Positions 13,136 through 24,450 of a DNA stretch of 64,000 nt are shown here, one piece after another. The notes below the pieces were generated by a model. The model was not told where the DNA came from. It searched no databases and saw only the letters and a program-made list of their open reading frames with translations. Each line of letters starts with the position of its first letter. Position 1 is the first letter of the stretch. The DNA lies in NCBI RefSeq assembly GCF_036321535.1, contig NC_087436.1, positions 114,516,001 to 114,580,000 of the forward strand, given 5' to 3'. This DNA comes from Camelus dromedarius (Eukaryota). A program made the translations under genes and the position numbers.

Positions 13136-14139
13136 AAGTGCCAAAAGGAAGATAAAGCGGGCTGTGGAGTAGCACTGCCGCTGAGGGCAGGGCTTCATTG
13201 GGGGGTAGGTGGCGGTGGTCAGTCAAGGAAGGTCATTGGAATGCCAAACATCTGCAAGAGCGCTTACCGCGTGCGCAGATCACTAGGGCCTCATCGCTGC
13301 CTCTCTGACTCCATCAGAACGTCTCTATTTGGGGCTAAGTCTCTGTCCCTTCTTTTCTGTTCCTCTCAGAGCCTTCTCAGCTCTTGAGTGTCTGAGGGCG
13401 GAGATCAGGCGGGAGCTCTGAGTGCCCTTTTTAACAACCCCTTCATCCCTGGGAGGCCTGGGAGGCCCGGGAGGCGGGAGGGTCTGGGAGGCGCAGCCCC
13501 AGGATCCATGCGCTCTCAGGAGTCTGGATCTGAGATCCGATCACTAGTGCTCAGAGCCGCTGGAAATGCCGTGAAGTTTCGGAAGGAGCTGGGAAGGCAG
13601 CTTCTCCTTGCTCGACAGCAATCCTCCAAGCCTGCGCGGGCCGATCACCATCCCGGTAACGGGCGCTTTATTTAGTGCTTCATCTGTTTGTGCTTAATCT
13701 GTTTCCTTAAGTGCTTTACGTGAATTATTTCATTCATTCCTCCTGGCAGCTCGATCACTGTTACCCGACGTTTGGGATCGACCCTAGGCTGCGGCTCTTG
13801 CTGGAGGAGGTGGGGTTCAAACTAGACTGTCTGGCTCCAAACCGCTCAGCTCTGGCCACGTTTCCGTTCTGTTCCCCCCACCGCAGAGCCGCGGCGACGA
13901 GGAGCCCATTTACAGAGGAGGAAAATGAGGCCCGGAGAGAGTCAGCTCTGTCAGGCACCAAGCTAAACGTTCGACGTTCCTTAGCTCATGTCATTTTGCC
14001 GACCTCTCTGAGAGGTGGGATTCCCGTGGGTGGCGTGGGTAGCAAAGGAGGAAGAGAAATAGATAAGGCCCGGTCAGCTGGCCTTGGCCGTGCAGGTCCT
14101 AATGGTAGCACTGTGTTAGGCCTTGGCTTCCGCTTCTGC

Positions 14140-14300
14140 TGCTTCCCGGCTGCATGGCCTTTGGACGAGTTCCTTAACTTCTGGCCCTCAGTTTTCCCAT
14201 CTGAACAATGGAGATGTAGGTTTGCTGGGAAATAAGAGGAAATAATGTAGGCAAAGTCCTGGGAGTTGGTGCTGGCACACAGCAAACCCTCAGTGGTGAT
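14140..14300 (+). mobile_element. MIR SINE
   Basis: gagttccttaacttctggccctcagttttcccatctgaacaatggagat...ctggcacacagcaaaccctca. Confidence 0.75.
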
Positions 14301-14904
14301 AAGGGTACAGGGCTGAAAGAAACCAGCCTTCCTAGACTGTCACCCTGGTCTTTCTCCTTTCTTTTCCATCTGCAGAAGGGATAGGATTTTCCCCAAACTC
14401 CCTACTGGGGACGCATCTAGGGATAGTTAAATTGCTCTTTTGTCTGGGGGCGGGCGTGGTCTGAGACAGCCTGTAGAGGAAAGCTTCTTATCCTAGGTTC
14501 CATTTACTATATACCTCTCCTTGGTGACAGTGTGGTTCCTGGTGACATCGTGGATCCTTGTGGGCTGGTGGCTGGCTGGCTGCGCAGGCCTGGGGAGGCA
14601 GGGTGGAGGACTCAGTGCCCCTCTTCCTGGGCATTGTGTTAGGAAGGGGTGTGTGAAGTCTACCAAAGTCACGTCAGTTGCTGCCAGTTCACTCTTCCCT
14701 GCTTTTTGAAGATTTCTGGCTTCCTTTCTCGGGGCCTGAAGGGCAAGAGCCTCTCAGCTCCCTCCACTCAACCCCTATCTCCAACACCTCCCAACAGGCG
14801 CTGGAGCCCCCACACCCAGGGTCCCCAGCAGCAGAGACTGGAAGCTCCAGGAAGGGGAAAGGGGGCACACAGGCCCAAAGAGCTTCTACTGCTCTGCTCT
14901 AACC

Positions 14905-15030
14905 ACATTTGATCTCATTTAACCCCCAGGAGAATCCCATGAAGTGGGTGGGATTATCCCCCCTTTACAGATGAGGGAGCGAAGTTCAGGAGGGTCAAGT
15001 GACTGGGGCAGGGTCACACAGCTTGCCAAG
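14905..15030 (-). mobile_element. MIR SINE
   Basis: attatccccctttacagatgagggagc...agggtcacacagct. Confidence 0.75.
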
Positions 15031-16699
15031 GTTGGGCAGGGGACTCGGTCAGGGAGACTATAGGACTTCAAAGCTTCCAGCTACCGCCTGTGACACTCCT
15101 GCACCCCACTCCCACTCCTAGGGTGGGGTCCTGGCAGTGAGGAGAGCGCGAGGAATCCCCTGGGGAGCGAGAAAGCGGGTAGTAATTCTCTGGGCGATTT
15201 CCTATTAAGAAAACACCTCTCTCTGGCCCGCTTCTGCCCAGGGGCCGCTGTTCGGCCTTCTGAAGGCGAGGCCTGTATATTTGTAGTTTGATTCCTCCTG
15301 TCAAGGCTAATTTCTCCCTACAACTTAATGGACTCGGCTTGACATGCGTAATGATTCCTAATCACGAACATTATTTTCGCTAGCGCGGAGACATGTTCCA
15401 GTTGTTGTGACAGATCGCGTTTCAGCCATAATGACGGAAAATTACCATTTCTAATTCTCCGGTTTTTGACACCTAAATCCACAGACCATATGTGGCAGCG
15501 GGAACTCTGGGCCCCTCGGTCCTCCCTCCCCGCCGCCGTGCGACCGAGATCTTGCGGTGTGGTGCTTCCACCCACCCCCTCAGCAGAGCCCAGAGGGGTG
15601 GAGCCGGAGCGGCCCCAGGGATGGACTGGTCTCAGCTGGCTCCCCAGCTTTCCCGGCCCCTCCCTCCAACATGAGGTGCTCAACGAACCACCAGTGACAA
15701 AAATCGGAACGTGGAAGGGGCCTCAGAGACACGAATTTTCAGGGACCCATTTTACAGTTGGGGACACAGACGGAGCAGGGAGGGGAGTGCCTTGTGTCCA
15801 AGATCTCCCAGGTGGTCATTGGAGGACAAATTTTTTCTCAAAACCATGGCGTTACGCAGCAGTGAGTGTCCCTCAGCCCTGGAAAGGGAGACTTGGCTTG
15901 TCATTTTATTACAAGCCTCAGAAGCATCAGGAAGGCAAAGCTTTCTAGAAAAAAAAAAAGAGGAGAGCTAGAGCAGAGGAAGAAGTTGAGGTACCTCAAA
16001 TTGGTTAAACACATTGCCCAAGATCACAGTGCTGGTAGAGGAGTCAGGCCCAGTGTCCCTGCTCTTAACTTCTTTCTAAGGTGATGTAATTCACCTTGAC
16101 CACTCACCCATCATGGGTGTGAGGAAATTGAGGCCAATAGGCAGAAAGCTGCGACTAAAACTCCAATGGCCGTGCCCAAGTCTTGCTCACTATAGAGGAC
16201 CAGGGGGCCCAGCGAACCCCACTGTTGGCCAACCTTCCCCGGTCTGCTACAGGAGTCACTTCCTCTGTGCCACTCCCCTCACCCACACTCCAGTCGCAGG
16301 TCTAAGCGAGGCTCTGAGGACAGAGAAGTGAAGAGGTGGACCCCCTCCACTAGGGGCTCACCACGCAGGCCTGAGGGGCTTAACAGAAAGCAACGCGCTT
16401 GTTCTAGGGAAGCAGGAGGGTCCACTGGGCAGGAGTGTGTGCTCATAATTTACTAACCCTGCTTTGGAATATGTCACAGAACCTCAGATTCATCCTCAGT
16501 AAGGCAAGGGAGAAGAGCCCACCTCCAAACATGGTTGAGACGCTGGTAGAGGCCTCCTGTCTAGGCACTGGGGACCTTCGCTGGGGCTCCATCCCACTCA
16601 ATCTGGAAAAGCCTCTATACCATTCCCACGGTGGACAGGGGAACGCCCCTGGTGCTGAGAGACGCACCCTAGTCAGGCAAGGAAGCCACGAGCTTCCCT

Positions 16700-17620
16700 A
16701 TGGGGTGCGGGTGAATCCGTGAAGGTTTTCTGTCATCCGTGTGGGGGCCTGAGCCGAGGGTGGCGCGAGCGCAGAGAAGTCGCGGACGGATCCTGGGCGC
16801 TCTCTGTGAAGTCTGGTCCGCGAGGGACCACGAGAGTTTATGGACGCCGCGGCTCAGATCAAAGCGTGCTCCTCTTTGACCAGAAGCAGAGATGACCTGG
16901 CAGGGAAACGGAGCAGCTGGCACTCACCCCGGAAACGGGGAGCTGGAGAAATCTCTCGCCGAGGTCTGAAAGCTGAGCGCGGGTCTCAGCCTCCACGTTG
17001 CTCCGTCCCCGCCATCCACGCACCAGCCTGCCCTGGCGCACCCGGCTCCGCGCTGCGCCTCCTCTGGCGTCTGCCCCACGGTCCCCAGAGGATCGCGCCA
17101 CGCAGGGCGCCTTTTTCCGCACCTAAGGTCTGCTGGGACCACGGTCGGTCACTACCGCAGCCTCGATTGTTGTTTCCAACTCAGTATCTTCTGAGATGCC
17201 CGGGGAGGCCGTGGGGTGTAAACGCTAAAGCAGCTGGCTTCTCTGTAATATCTATTCCACCCTACTCCCAAAGTCCACCTTTGTTAATTAAAAAGAAATG
17301 TATTGGTAATACATTTTTTAGACACAAATAAGTTGGAGGCTTTCAGGGAGGGAGGCTGAAGACAATTGACTATCAGGATAAACTAGGAGCCTCGCTCATG
17401 CCTTTGGCCGGCTTGAAGCCAAAGTGGATCATGTCCACGGAGATTCTGGATTTTGGTTCCTTACGAAAAGTGAGAGAACAACGAATTCCCCGGCCACCTT
17501 CCTCGACGTAGGATGCAAAGGAAGGTCGTTTGTGAAAGGATTTTGTTACCAAAAAGGTATACAATGAGTAGTTACCTAATGGGGCCGCCCAGAGGTTGTA
17601 GAGAGCCACGCCCCTGCCCC
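16700..17620. promoter_or_regulatory. Orphan CpG island
   Basis: CpG-dense GC-rich segment without credible coding potential. Confidence 0.65.
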
Positions 17621-17879
17621 CTTTCCATCATTCAGGCTCCAGGCAAAATCTGCAGGGCTCAAACCTACATAGCCTGCTCGTTTTACTAACTTGGAGACTG
17701 GAAAGCGTGGCCCTCCTCTTTTCTTTAGGTTGCTTAAGGCTTTAGTTCAGCAGAGAACCTCCAACGGGACATCCTTCTAATTGGGAATAAAAGAGATGGT
17801 AGATAGTGGTGCAGAGGCTTCCGAGCAAAGGGACTTTTCATTTTCACATCCAGTACAGCATCATTTACAGGCCAGAGTC

Positions 17880-18640
17880 CCTGAGAGTCAAGCCCAGCTC
17901 TTCATTTTGCTGGTTGTATGACATTGACCTCAATATGCTCATCTGTAAATTGGGGGTACCCATAGGACCTACCTCATGAGGTTTTGCTAAGCATTAAGTT
18001 GAAACTTGTAGATGGCTTAGAAGAGTGCCTGGTATATACTATGCACTCCGTTACTGGTGCCTGACATATACTAAGAAATCAATATGTGTTTGTTGTTTTC
18101 AAAGACATCATGGCTCATGTAGAAGGAATCTCAGGTCTTTGCCCATATTTAAACAAGCAAATATAAAGGCTATCACAGACCAATGGAACCTAAAGAGACT
18201 TGCAAAGAGACGCTTTAAGCATTGCCTGGAACAGCAGTTTGGAGGTTGGTCAGGGGCCTGGCTGTCCATTTCAGCTCTGCCACTTACTAACCAGGTGACC
18301 CTAAACTAATGGATACTTAATCTCTTTGTGCCTCAGTTTCTTCTCTGTTAAATGAATTTTAAAAAAATAGATGTGAAGCATTTATCTCATTGCTTGAGAC
18401 TCAGTAAGAGTTCAATACTGTTAGCTCTTATTCCTTGTTGTATATTAACTGCCCTTACAGACACTGCCAGTATAGAGGGAGATGCCATAATTGGTTAATG
18501 CTCTGGTAACCAGGTATGAGTGCTCAGGGCCAAGGACTTTAGGGATGATCTGAATCCACGACTGACATGACCACTCACAGTTGGGGTGACCTTGCCCCAA
18601 TGACAGCCTCTTTGAGCCAGCTGCTACTTCCCCAAGGAGG
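17880..18640. mobile_element. Cluster of three MIR fragments (+ ~17880-18060, + ~18265-18425, - ~18510-18640)
   Basis: ctcatctgtaaattggggg...acctacctcat; ctctgccacttactaaccaggtgacc...cctcagtttcttctctgttaaatg; and a reverse MIR tail at ~18510. Confidence 0.65.
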
Positions 18641-19379
18641 ATAACAATTTTCACTTCGCAGCAGAGATTCCAGAATATCCTAAAAGGGAGGGCTCTAAGG
18701 TCTGAGGACTTCGGAGCTGGTTGGCAGAGCAAGCAAGCTCTTGACTTAAGTCGGATGTGTGCTTGTGGATCCACTGGAAGAGAGACTGCAGCCTATGGTG
18801 CCCTGTGCTGCTCAGCCCATTCAAAGAGAACAAAATGCGATGCTAATGTTCCCATAGCGATTCCTCAGGTCTGCAGGTGGGGCAGACAGGGAAGGTTTAA
18901 GTCTGATTGAGTGGGGCACTTGCTGCTTAGTCCTTCATAAAATGCCAGCAGAAGGGCAGAATTCCTCTAGAGTTCACAAACTGCTCTTCTGGAAGACAGC
19001 CTGGATCAGAAATCCTGATTAATTACTAGATGTTATGAACCACTTACAATGTGCCCGCAAGGTACTAAAAGGCCCACAGGCTTCAGCCTGTGTATTTCGT
19101 ACATTTAGAATTAGAGCATGTAAAATACTTGGCAATGTGCCTAGCACACAGTACTGGAAAAAAAAAGTGGGAACCCCTATTATTAAGTCAGATCATAAAT
19201 GCCTGAAATAAAACGGCCTGAGCAGGACCTCCCGGGATATATTCACAAGAAGACGCACAGTGCATTTTTAAGCCTTTGAAAAGCCTGTGGTGCAACTTCT
19301 GTCCATTTCACTGAAGGATATTCTGAGGCTGAGAAACCTTTTCTACTGGAAACTCCCTCAGATAGGAGTCTATCCTAGG

Positions 19380-22200
19380 GGTTCACTTGGAAAGGTGCGT
19401 GGCCTGGGTCTCCTGGCGCTTGCTTCCCGGGCTCCCCAGTGCCCAGCGTCTGTGCTCAGAAAGGCTGGGGAGATCTGTGCAGCAGCGGCACCTGCTGCAG
19501 CTTCTCTCGGGCGCTCAGCGTCTGCGCGGGCGGCGAGCTCTGCGGCATCCCGTCCGGTCCGCCGCCGTGTGCCCGGAGCGCTGCTGGATCTTCCCAGCTC
19601 ACAGCCAGGACCCTGAGGCCAGGGAGAGCGGGCGGGGCTTCTGTGTTTTCGGCTTTCTGGTCCTGCAGGCAGGAGCCGAGATTTGGAATCCGCCCGAGCG
19701 CCCAGGGTACATGTCTTCACGTCTACATCCCTTCCCTCTGATATTTACCGAAAGGTGGACATCACGGTGCACTTCGAAAAAGGATTAGAGTTTGTTGAGC
19801 TTTCCATAGGGGCCAGCAACCATGACAAGCTATCTATCTCTGCCCCTTAAAAATTTTGTCACATCCATTCTATGAGGGATGTATCATCATCCCCATTTTT
19901 ACAGTTAAGAGGAGTGAGGTACAAAGAACTGAATTTTTCTCTGGTTCTGCAGTTAACCAAGCGGTGGAACCCGGATTGGAACCTTGACAGCTCATGTTTT
20001 TACCACGCCTCTGTGCCGCTTTCTGCTGTCCCTAGGGGCCAGAACAGTGCCTAACATCTGATAGTCTTCTTTAATGCTTGTGGAAAGAGGAGTCACTTAT
20101 CCTCTGTTATCCTCGTGTTACCAATGGTGCCAGTGGACAGAATTGCTGGGCCCACCTTGGCCAGGAGGCCGGCCGAGGCCGCCTTGGCATGGTCTTCTAC
20201 CCGGCGTCCCAGGTGGACACAGGATTGGAAATGGTCGTGACACAGGACCACTAGCCTGATACACCCCTGCCTTCAAAACCCCTGTCCTTCTGCCCCAAGG
20301 AGAGCACGAGGGTCTGTGAATTAGGTCTTTCAGCTTGGGGGCCAGAGGACGCAGATTTGGTTTCAACTCTCGAGCTCTTCAGTCGGTAGGCTACCCCAAC
20401 AGTGACTCACCTTTACCCTACCCCCCCTCCCCCAAACACTGGGCGGGTCCAGGGTGCTGGAGGCTGAGGCGCGGTCAAGCAGGACTCTACCATGTGTCTG
20501 TCTGTCTGTCTGGGTGCGCGGAGGCTAGCAGTGATCCCATCGGTGTCCCCCAAGCACAGCGGACAGAAAGGATTAGGCCGGGAATCTGGTCCCTGGCTGG
20601 TGTCTGGAGCAGCTGGCAGGCGTGAGTGGAGTGGAACCGGGCTGGGACAGTGGCCGGGAGTGAAGGGGGGTGAATCGGGTAGGGATCGCAGGTGCGGTGT
20701 GGCTTGGATGCGATAGGGTTGAAGGATGCAGCCTGGGCCCTGGCGGAGGTCACCTGGCCCGGGCGCACAGACACCAACCAGGCCAGTACCCCCTCTCCTC
20801 CTGTTACTTCCCTCTTGGCAGTAGCGCCAAAGGTGAAGCTGACTGTATCCCGCCCCAGACCTCTATGCTAGTCTCTCCTTCCCTGCCCCAGGCAACAACA
20901 GCCAAGTTCCCTGGAACGCCCGCAGTCAAGGCCAGGGCGGGGGCAGGGCGGGGGTAGTCGGTCAAATACTCGGGAGCCGGAGCGGTTGAATCTCCGGAAG
21001 CCTAGCAGCACACAGCCCTGTCCGACTCTGCGCTTCTGCAGGGAGAGCCCTGGGGGCTCAGAGCCGCTTCCCGCGCGGGGCTGTGGGCAGCAGCAACCCT
21101 CTTTTGCTGCAGGTTCTTCTGTAAGACAAGGCTGATGATGTCTCCTTACTCGAGAAGCTGAAACAAAGACAAAGGCGCTTCCAAAACGAAAAAGCTGCGG
21201 TGTGTGTCAGGGCCCACCCAGCCTCCGACTTCGGGCACGCTTAAAAATTAAGTGCGGAGCGTGCTCGGTTTCAGTGGGTGAGGGTGGGGCCCAGGATCTG
21301 CATTTTTACCCCTCGGGTGGTCCTGATGCACGTGGTTCAGGGACCTCACAGGGAGACCCAGCGCTGCGGGGGGTGGGGGGAGGCGAGGGGAGTGGAGTCT
21401 GGCCTCGGCTAGGCTGGGTCAGCTCATCCTGGGACCCACTGTGCCAGGAGCTCTGGGGGCACAGGGACGGTCAAAGACCTGCCCTCGGGGAAGTGACAGT
21501 TCAGCCGTGGAGGGTCAGACCTGGGACCAGACGTCTGTGTTTAAGCCACTCACTCCAGTGAGGCCTCCAAGCCGCGGTGTCTGCAACTTCCACGTGCCTC
21601 CACGCGCTCCTGTTCCCCGGATCCCTCTCTGCCTCTAAGTAGCTTTCGCTTGGTGGAGTCTCGTGGCACCCGCCGTGCAGGGCTGGGGACAGCACAGGCG
21701 CCCTCAGGTCCCGGCAGCGGTGGGAACAGCGTGCGCTGAGGCTTTGCCCTGGCTCTGAGCGCTCGGGCGAGCATCTTTGCACCCAATCCGGGGACCAGGC
21801 CTCTGCCAGCTTGGAGGGTGCGTGGTTGAGAAGCGGTCACGCAGCTGGGGAGCGTGCGAGGGTAGAGATTTCCCTAACTCGGGTCTTGCGGCGGTTTGCC
21901 CTGAGGGATGGGAGCAAATTGGGCCCCGCTGCAACAGGGGCGTCTCTTCCTGCCAGCCTGGGCGGGGGTCAAGTCAGGCTTCCCAAGCAGGCGGGTTTGC
22001 GCCCGGCCTTGCTGCCAAGGAGAGCCACCTGTGGAGGCCGTGGGCGAGAGTGGGGCTGAACCCACACCTGGAAGGAGCCCCTCCCGGTTCCCTTCTCAAA
22101 GCCCTTTCCATGCTGGTTTGAAATGAAGCGAGAGGCTCTGCCCCTCCCTTGGGTAAAAGGCAATGAAGTTGTCAGGGATTCACAAGCAGACAGTGTTTGC
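19380..22200. promoter_or_regulatory. CpG-rich region (two to three orphan CpG islands)
   Basis: CpG-dense at ~19380-19800 and ~20450-22200, interrupted by a reverse MIR at ~19860-20010. Tandem GC boxes at 20933-20954. Confidence 0.7.
21268..21366. mobile_element. MER5A-like hAT-Charlie MITE fragment
   Basis: gggtggggcccaggatctgcatttt...ggtggtcctgatgcacgtggttcagggacctcacagggagacc resembles the MER5A end. Confidence 0.55.
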
Positions 22201-24229
22201 GCGCCCTTTACCTATCCAGGTGAATTATTTGCGGTGGCTTCTAATTTCCTTCCCCCAAAGAAAACCATGTCCTCCCGTCTTGCCACCTTTTTTTCCCTTT
22301 AAGCTTAAATGCTTATGAAAAATTGGTGGAAAAACATCTTCAGTGGCCTTTGGGTTCTCCTAGAAAAACAACCCAAACCCAGACCTCACCAGTTATAGTG
22401 AAGACTTTAAAATTCAGCTCTTTATCCCAGGCTTCCCCAGTTTTCACACTGACAACTCAAACATGTTTGGACTTCAAAATGTCAAACTTGATATCTGGCT
22501 CTTTTACAAAGATAGCTTGGCTGAGAAATGACTGAAAATGTAAAATGTTAATTAGGACAGATTTGAAACTCTCCGTTTTCTTTTGCTAAGTTGACGATCC
22601 GCTTGCTCAGTGACCATACTAGAATTGAAAGTTTTGTGTCAATATATTGGCAGTTTATAGAAAATTAAAAAGGTGGAATATCAAGCTAATGAAATTCAGC
22701 AAGAATACCATTAGAATTTTTCCTTATTCATCACTCCCCTTTGGTTTTTTTTTTTAAATGTGGAATTCCATATAAAACATAAACTATTTATATAAAAGTT
22801 TGCAGAGTGTTACATTAACCAAAAATACAGGGCATGAAACAATTAAGGAGCACACATAGGCATATTAATTACCCCACCTTGCACATGCAGCTATATGTTC
22901 TACATGGCATTTTTCATTACTACATGAGTTGTTAAATGTATAAAGTAGGTACATTTGTGGGCACATTAACACACTAGGAGAACTTGAACTTGTTCATTTC
23001 CTGGCTTTTATGGGCCTGCTTGGGCTGTATGGGCTTGCTTTGCACATGCTCACATGCCCTGAACTCACACTGACTTCCAGAGTCCCACCTTCATGGATGG
23101 AGGTAGACCAGTAGAAAATGGCATAAATGGCACGCTTAAGTGTGAGCTGGCCAAATCTGTGTTGTAAATGCCTAATATTAACTGCATCCCACAGTGGCCC
23201 TGGCCCCTGACTTCTTGTGAAACTGGGCCTGGGTGCCTTTCTTCTTCAACTAGTCCTTTTTCTCAGAGAGTAAATGGGAAGCCCATCATTACATTGGAGG
23301 TTTTTTTTTTTTTTTTTTTCAACAATTGGTTTGCCTGGGCCATCCTTCCAACTTTACCCTCTAAATATGAACCCTAAATTGAAGCTGCCCTGCTCCCTTA
23401 ACAGAATACCCAGTTCTCTTCCTTAGTGCAAATGAGTTTGAAATTATTTTCACCCCTTCCCCACACACAATGAGCCACCTGTGGCTTTTACCTCGGGCTT
23501 CTATACTCCTTTATTTTCAATCATAAAATTAAAAATAATATTAATAGGATCACTAGATCCCTAGAAATGGGTTACTCAGTAAAGAACACGTAGATTGGCA
23601 TAGAAATAAATAATCTTGGGTCCTGATGGGTGTTGCAATGGATGAAATTAATTTATGTTACCTCTGTTGAAAAACATTGCTTATGTACTCAAGAAAACTG
23701 GGGGAAAGAACTGCACATACCCCCTGCCTTCTGTATATATTTTTTCTTATTTTTTTAAAATAATAATCTAGCAAAAATGTAGCTTATTTGGAATTAGAAT
23801 GAAGAGCAGGAATTTAGAATTCTACTTGACAGCGGTCTATGTAAAGAAAATTTAAAGTCAGCTTCAAGATAAGTCTTGAATAAATATTTAAAATACAATT
23901 TGGTTTACATGAAAATTTCACAAAAAGGAAAGTACCACTATTGTTTTTAAGATGGCAAAAGGCTTTGAAGAAAAGTGAAAAATGTCATTTGTCATTTTTG
24001 TGTCCTATTTACAGGAACAGATAACCAGGTATTTTGGAAGGGAAAATATGGCATTGTGTTTGTATGAGAGAGAAAGTGTTTTCACATGTTATCTGCTGGG
24101 TATAGGCAGTTTATGATGGATAATTGAAGTCTGAACTGAACATAGATAAAGTTTTAAAACACTGCTCATTTTGGTCTGAAACTATTCCGTTTCATTTTTT
24201 TTTAAAAGGTCAAATTAAACATGGGGATA

Positions 24230-24450
24230 GCAGCTACTACTTGAGGGCTTCTCATGTGCTAGGGAGCATGCTTGATGACTTGTGAATACTATTTCATTTC
24301 TTTCTTGTGAAAATTTATGATATTATCCCCACTTAACAGGTGAGAAGATTGCCCCTTAGAGAGTATAAGGACCCTCTATGCAGACATATAGATGGTAAAT
24401 GGTGGCACTGGGGTCGGTTGACCGTAAGATCCAAATTTCAGCCACTGCTG
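24230..24450 (-). mobile_element. MIR SINE
   Basis: gctactacttgagggcttctcatgtgctaggg...attatccccacttaacaggtgagaagattg. Confidence 0.65.

Noticed and set aside
16195..16360. CTCF-like motifs (ggaccagggggccc; ccactaggggctc)
   Set aside because: Several mismatches or a one-base deletion in the core; not supportable without a PWM scan or ChIP data.
20550..20570. REST/RE1 site (AGCAC-AG-CGGACAG)
   Set aside because: Only the cores match; both flanks and the conserved CC deviate.
8499..22163. Many 100-205 aa ORFs in the downstream CpG islands
   Set aside because: Arg/Pro/Gly/Ala-rich, overlapping on both strands, with no motifs or convincing exon structure; expected in GC-rich DNA.
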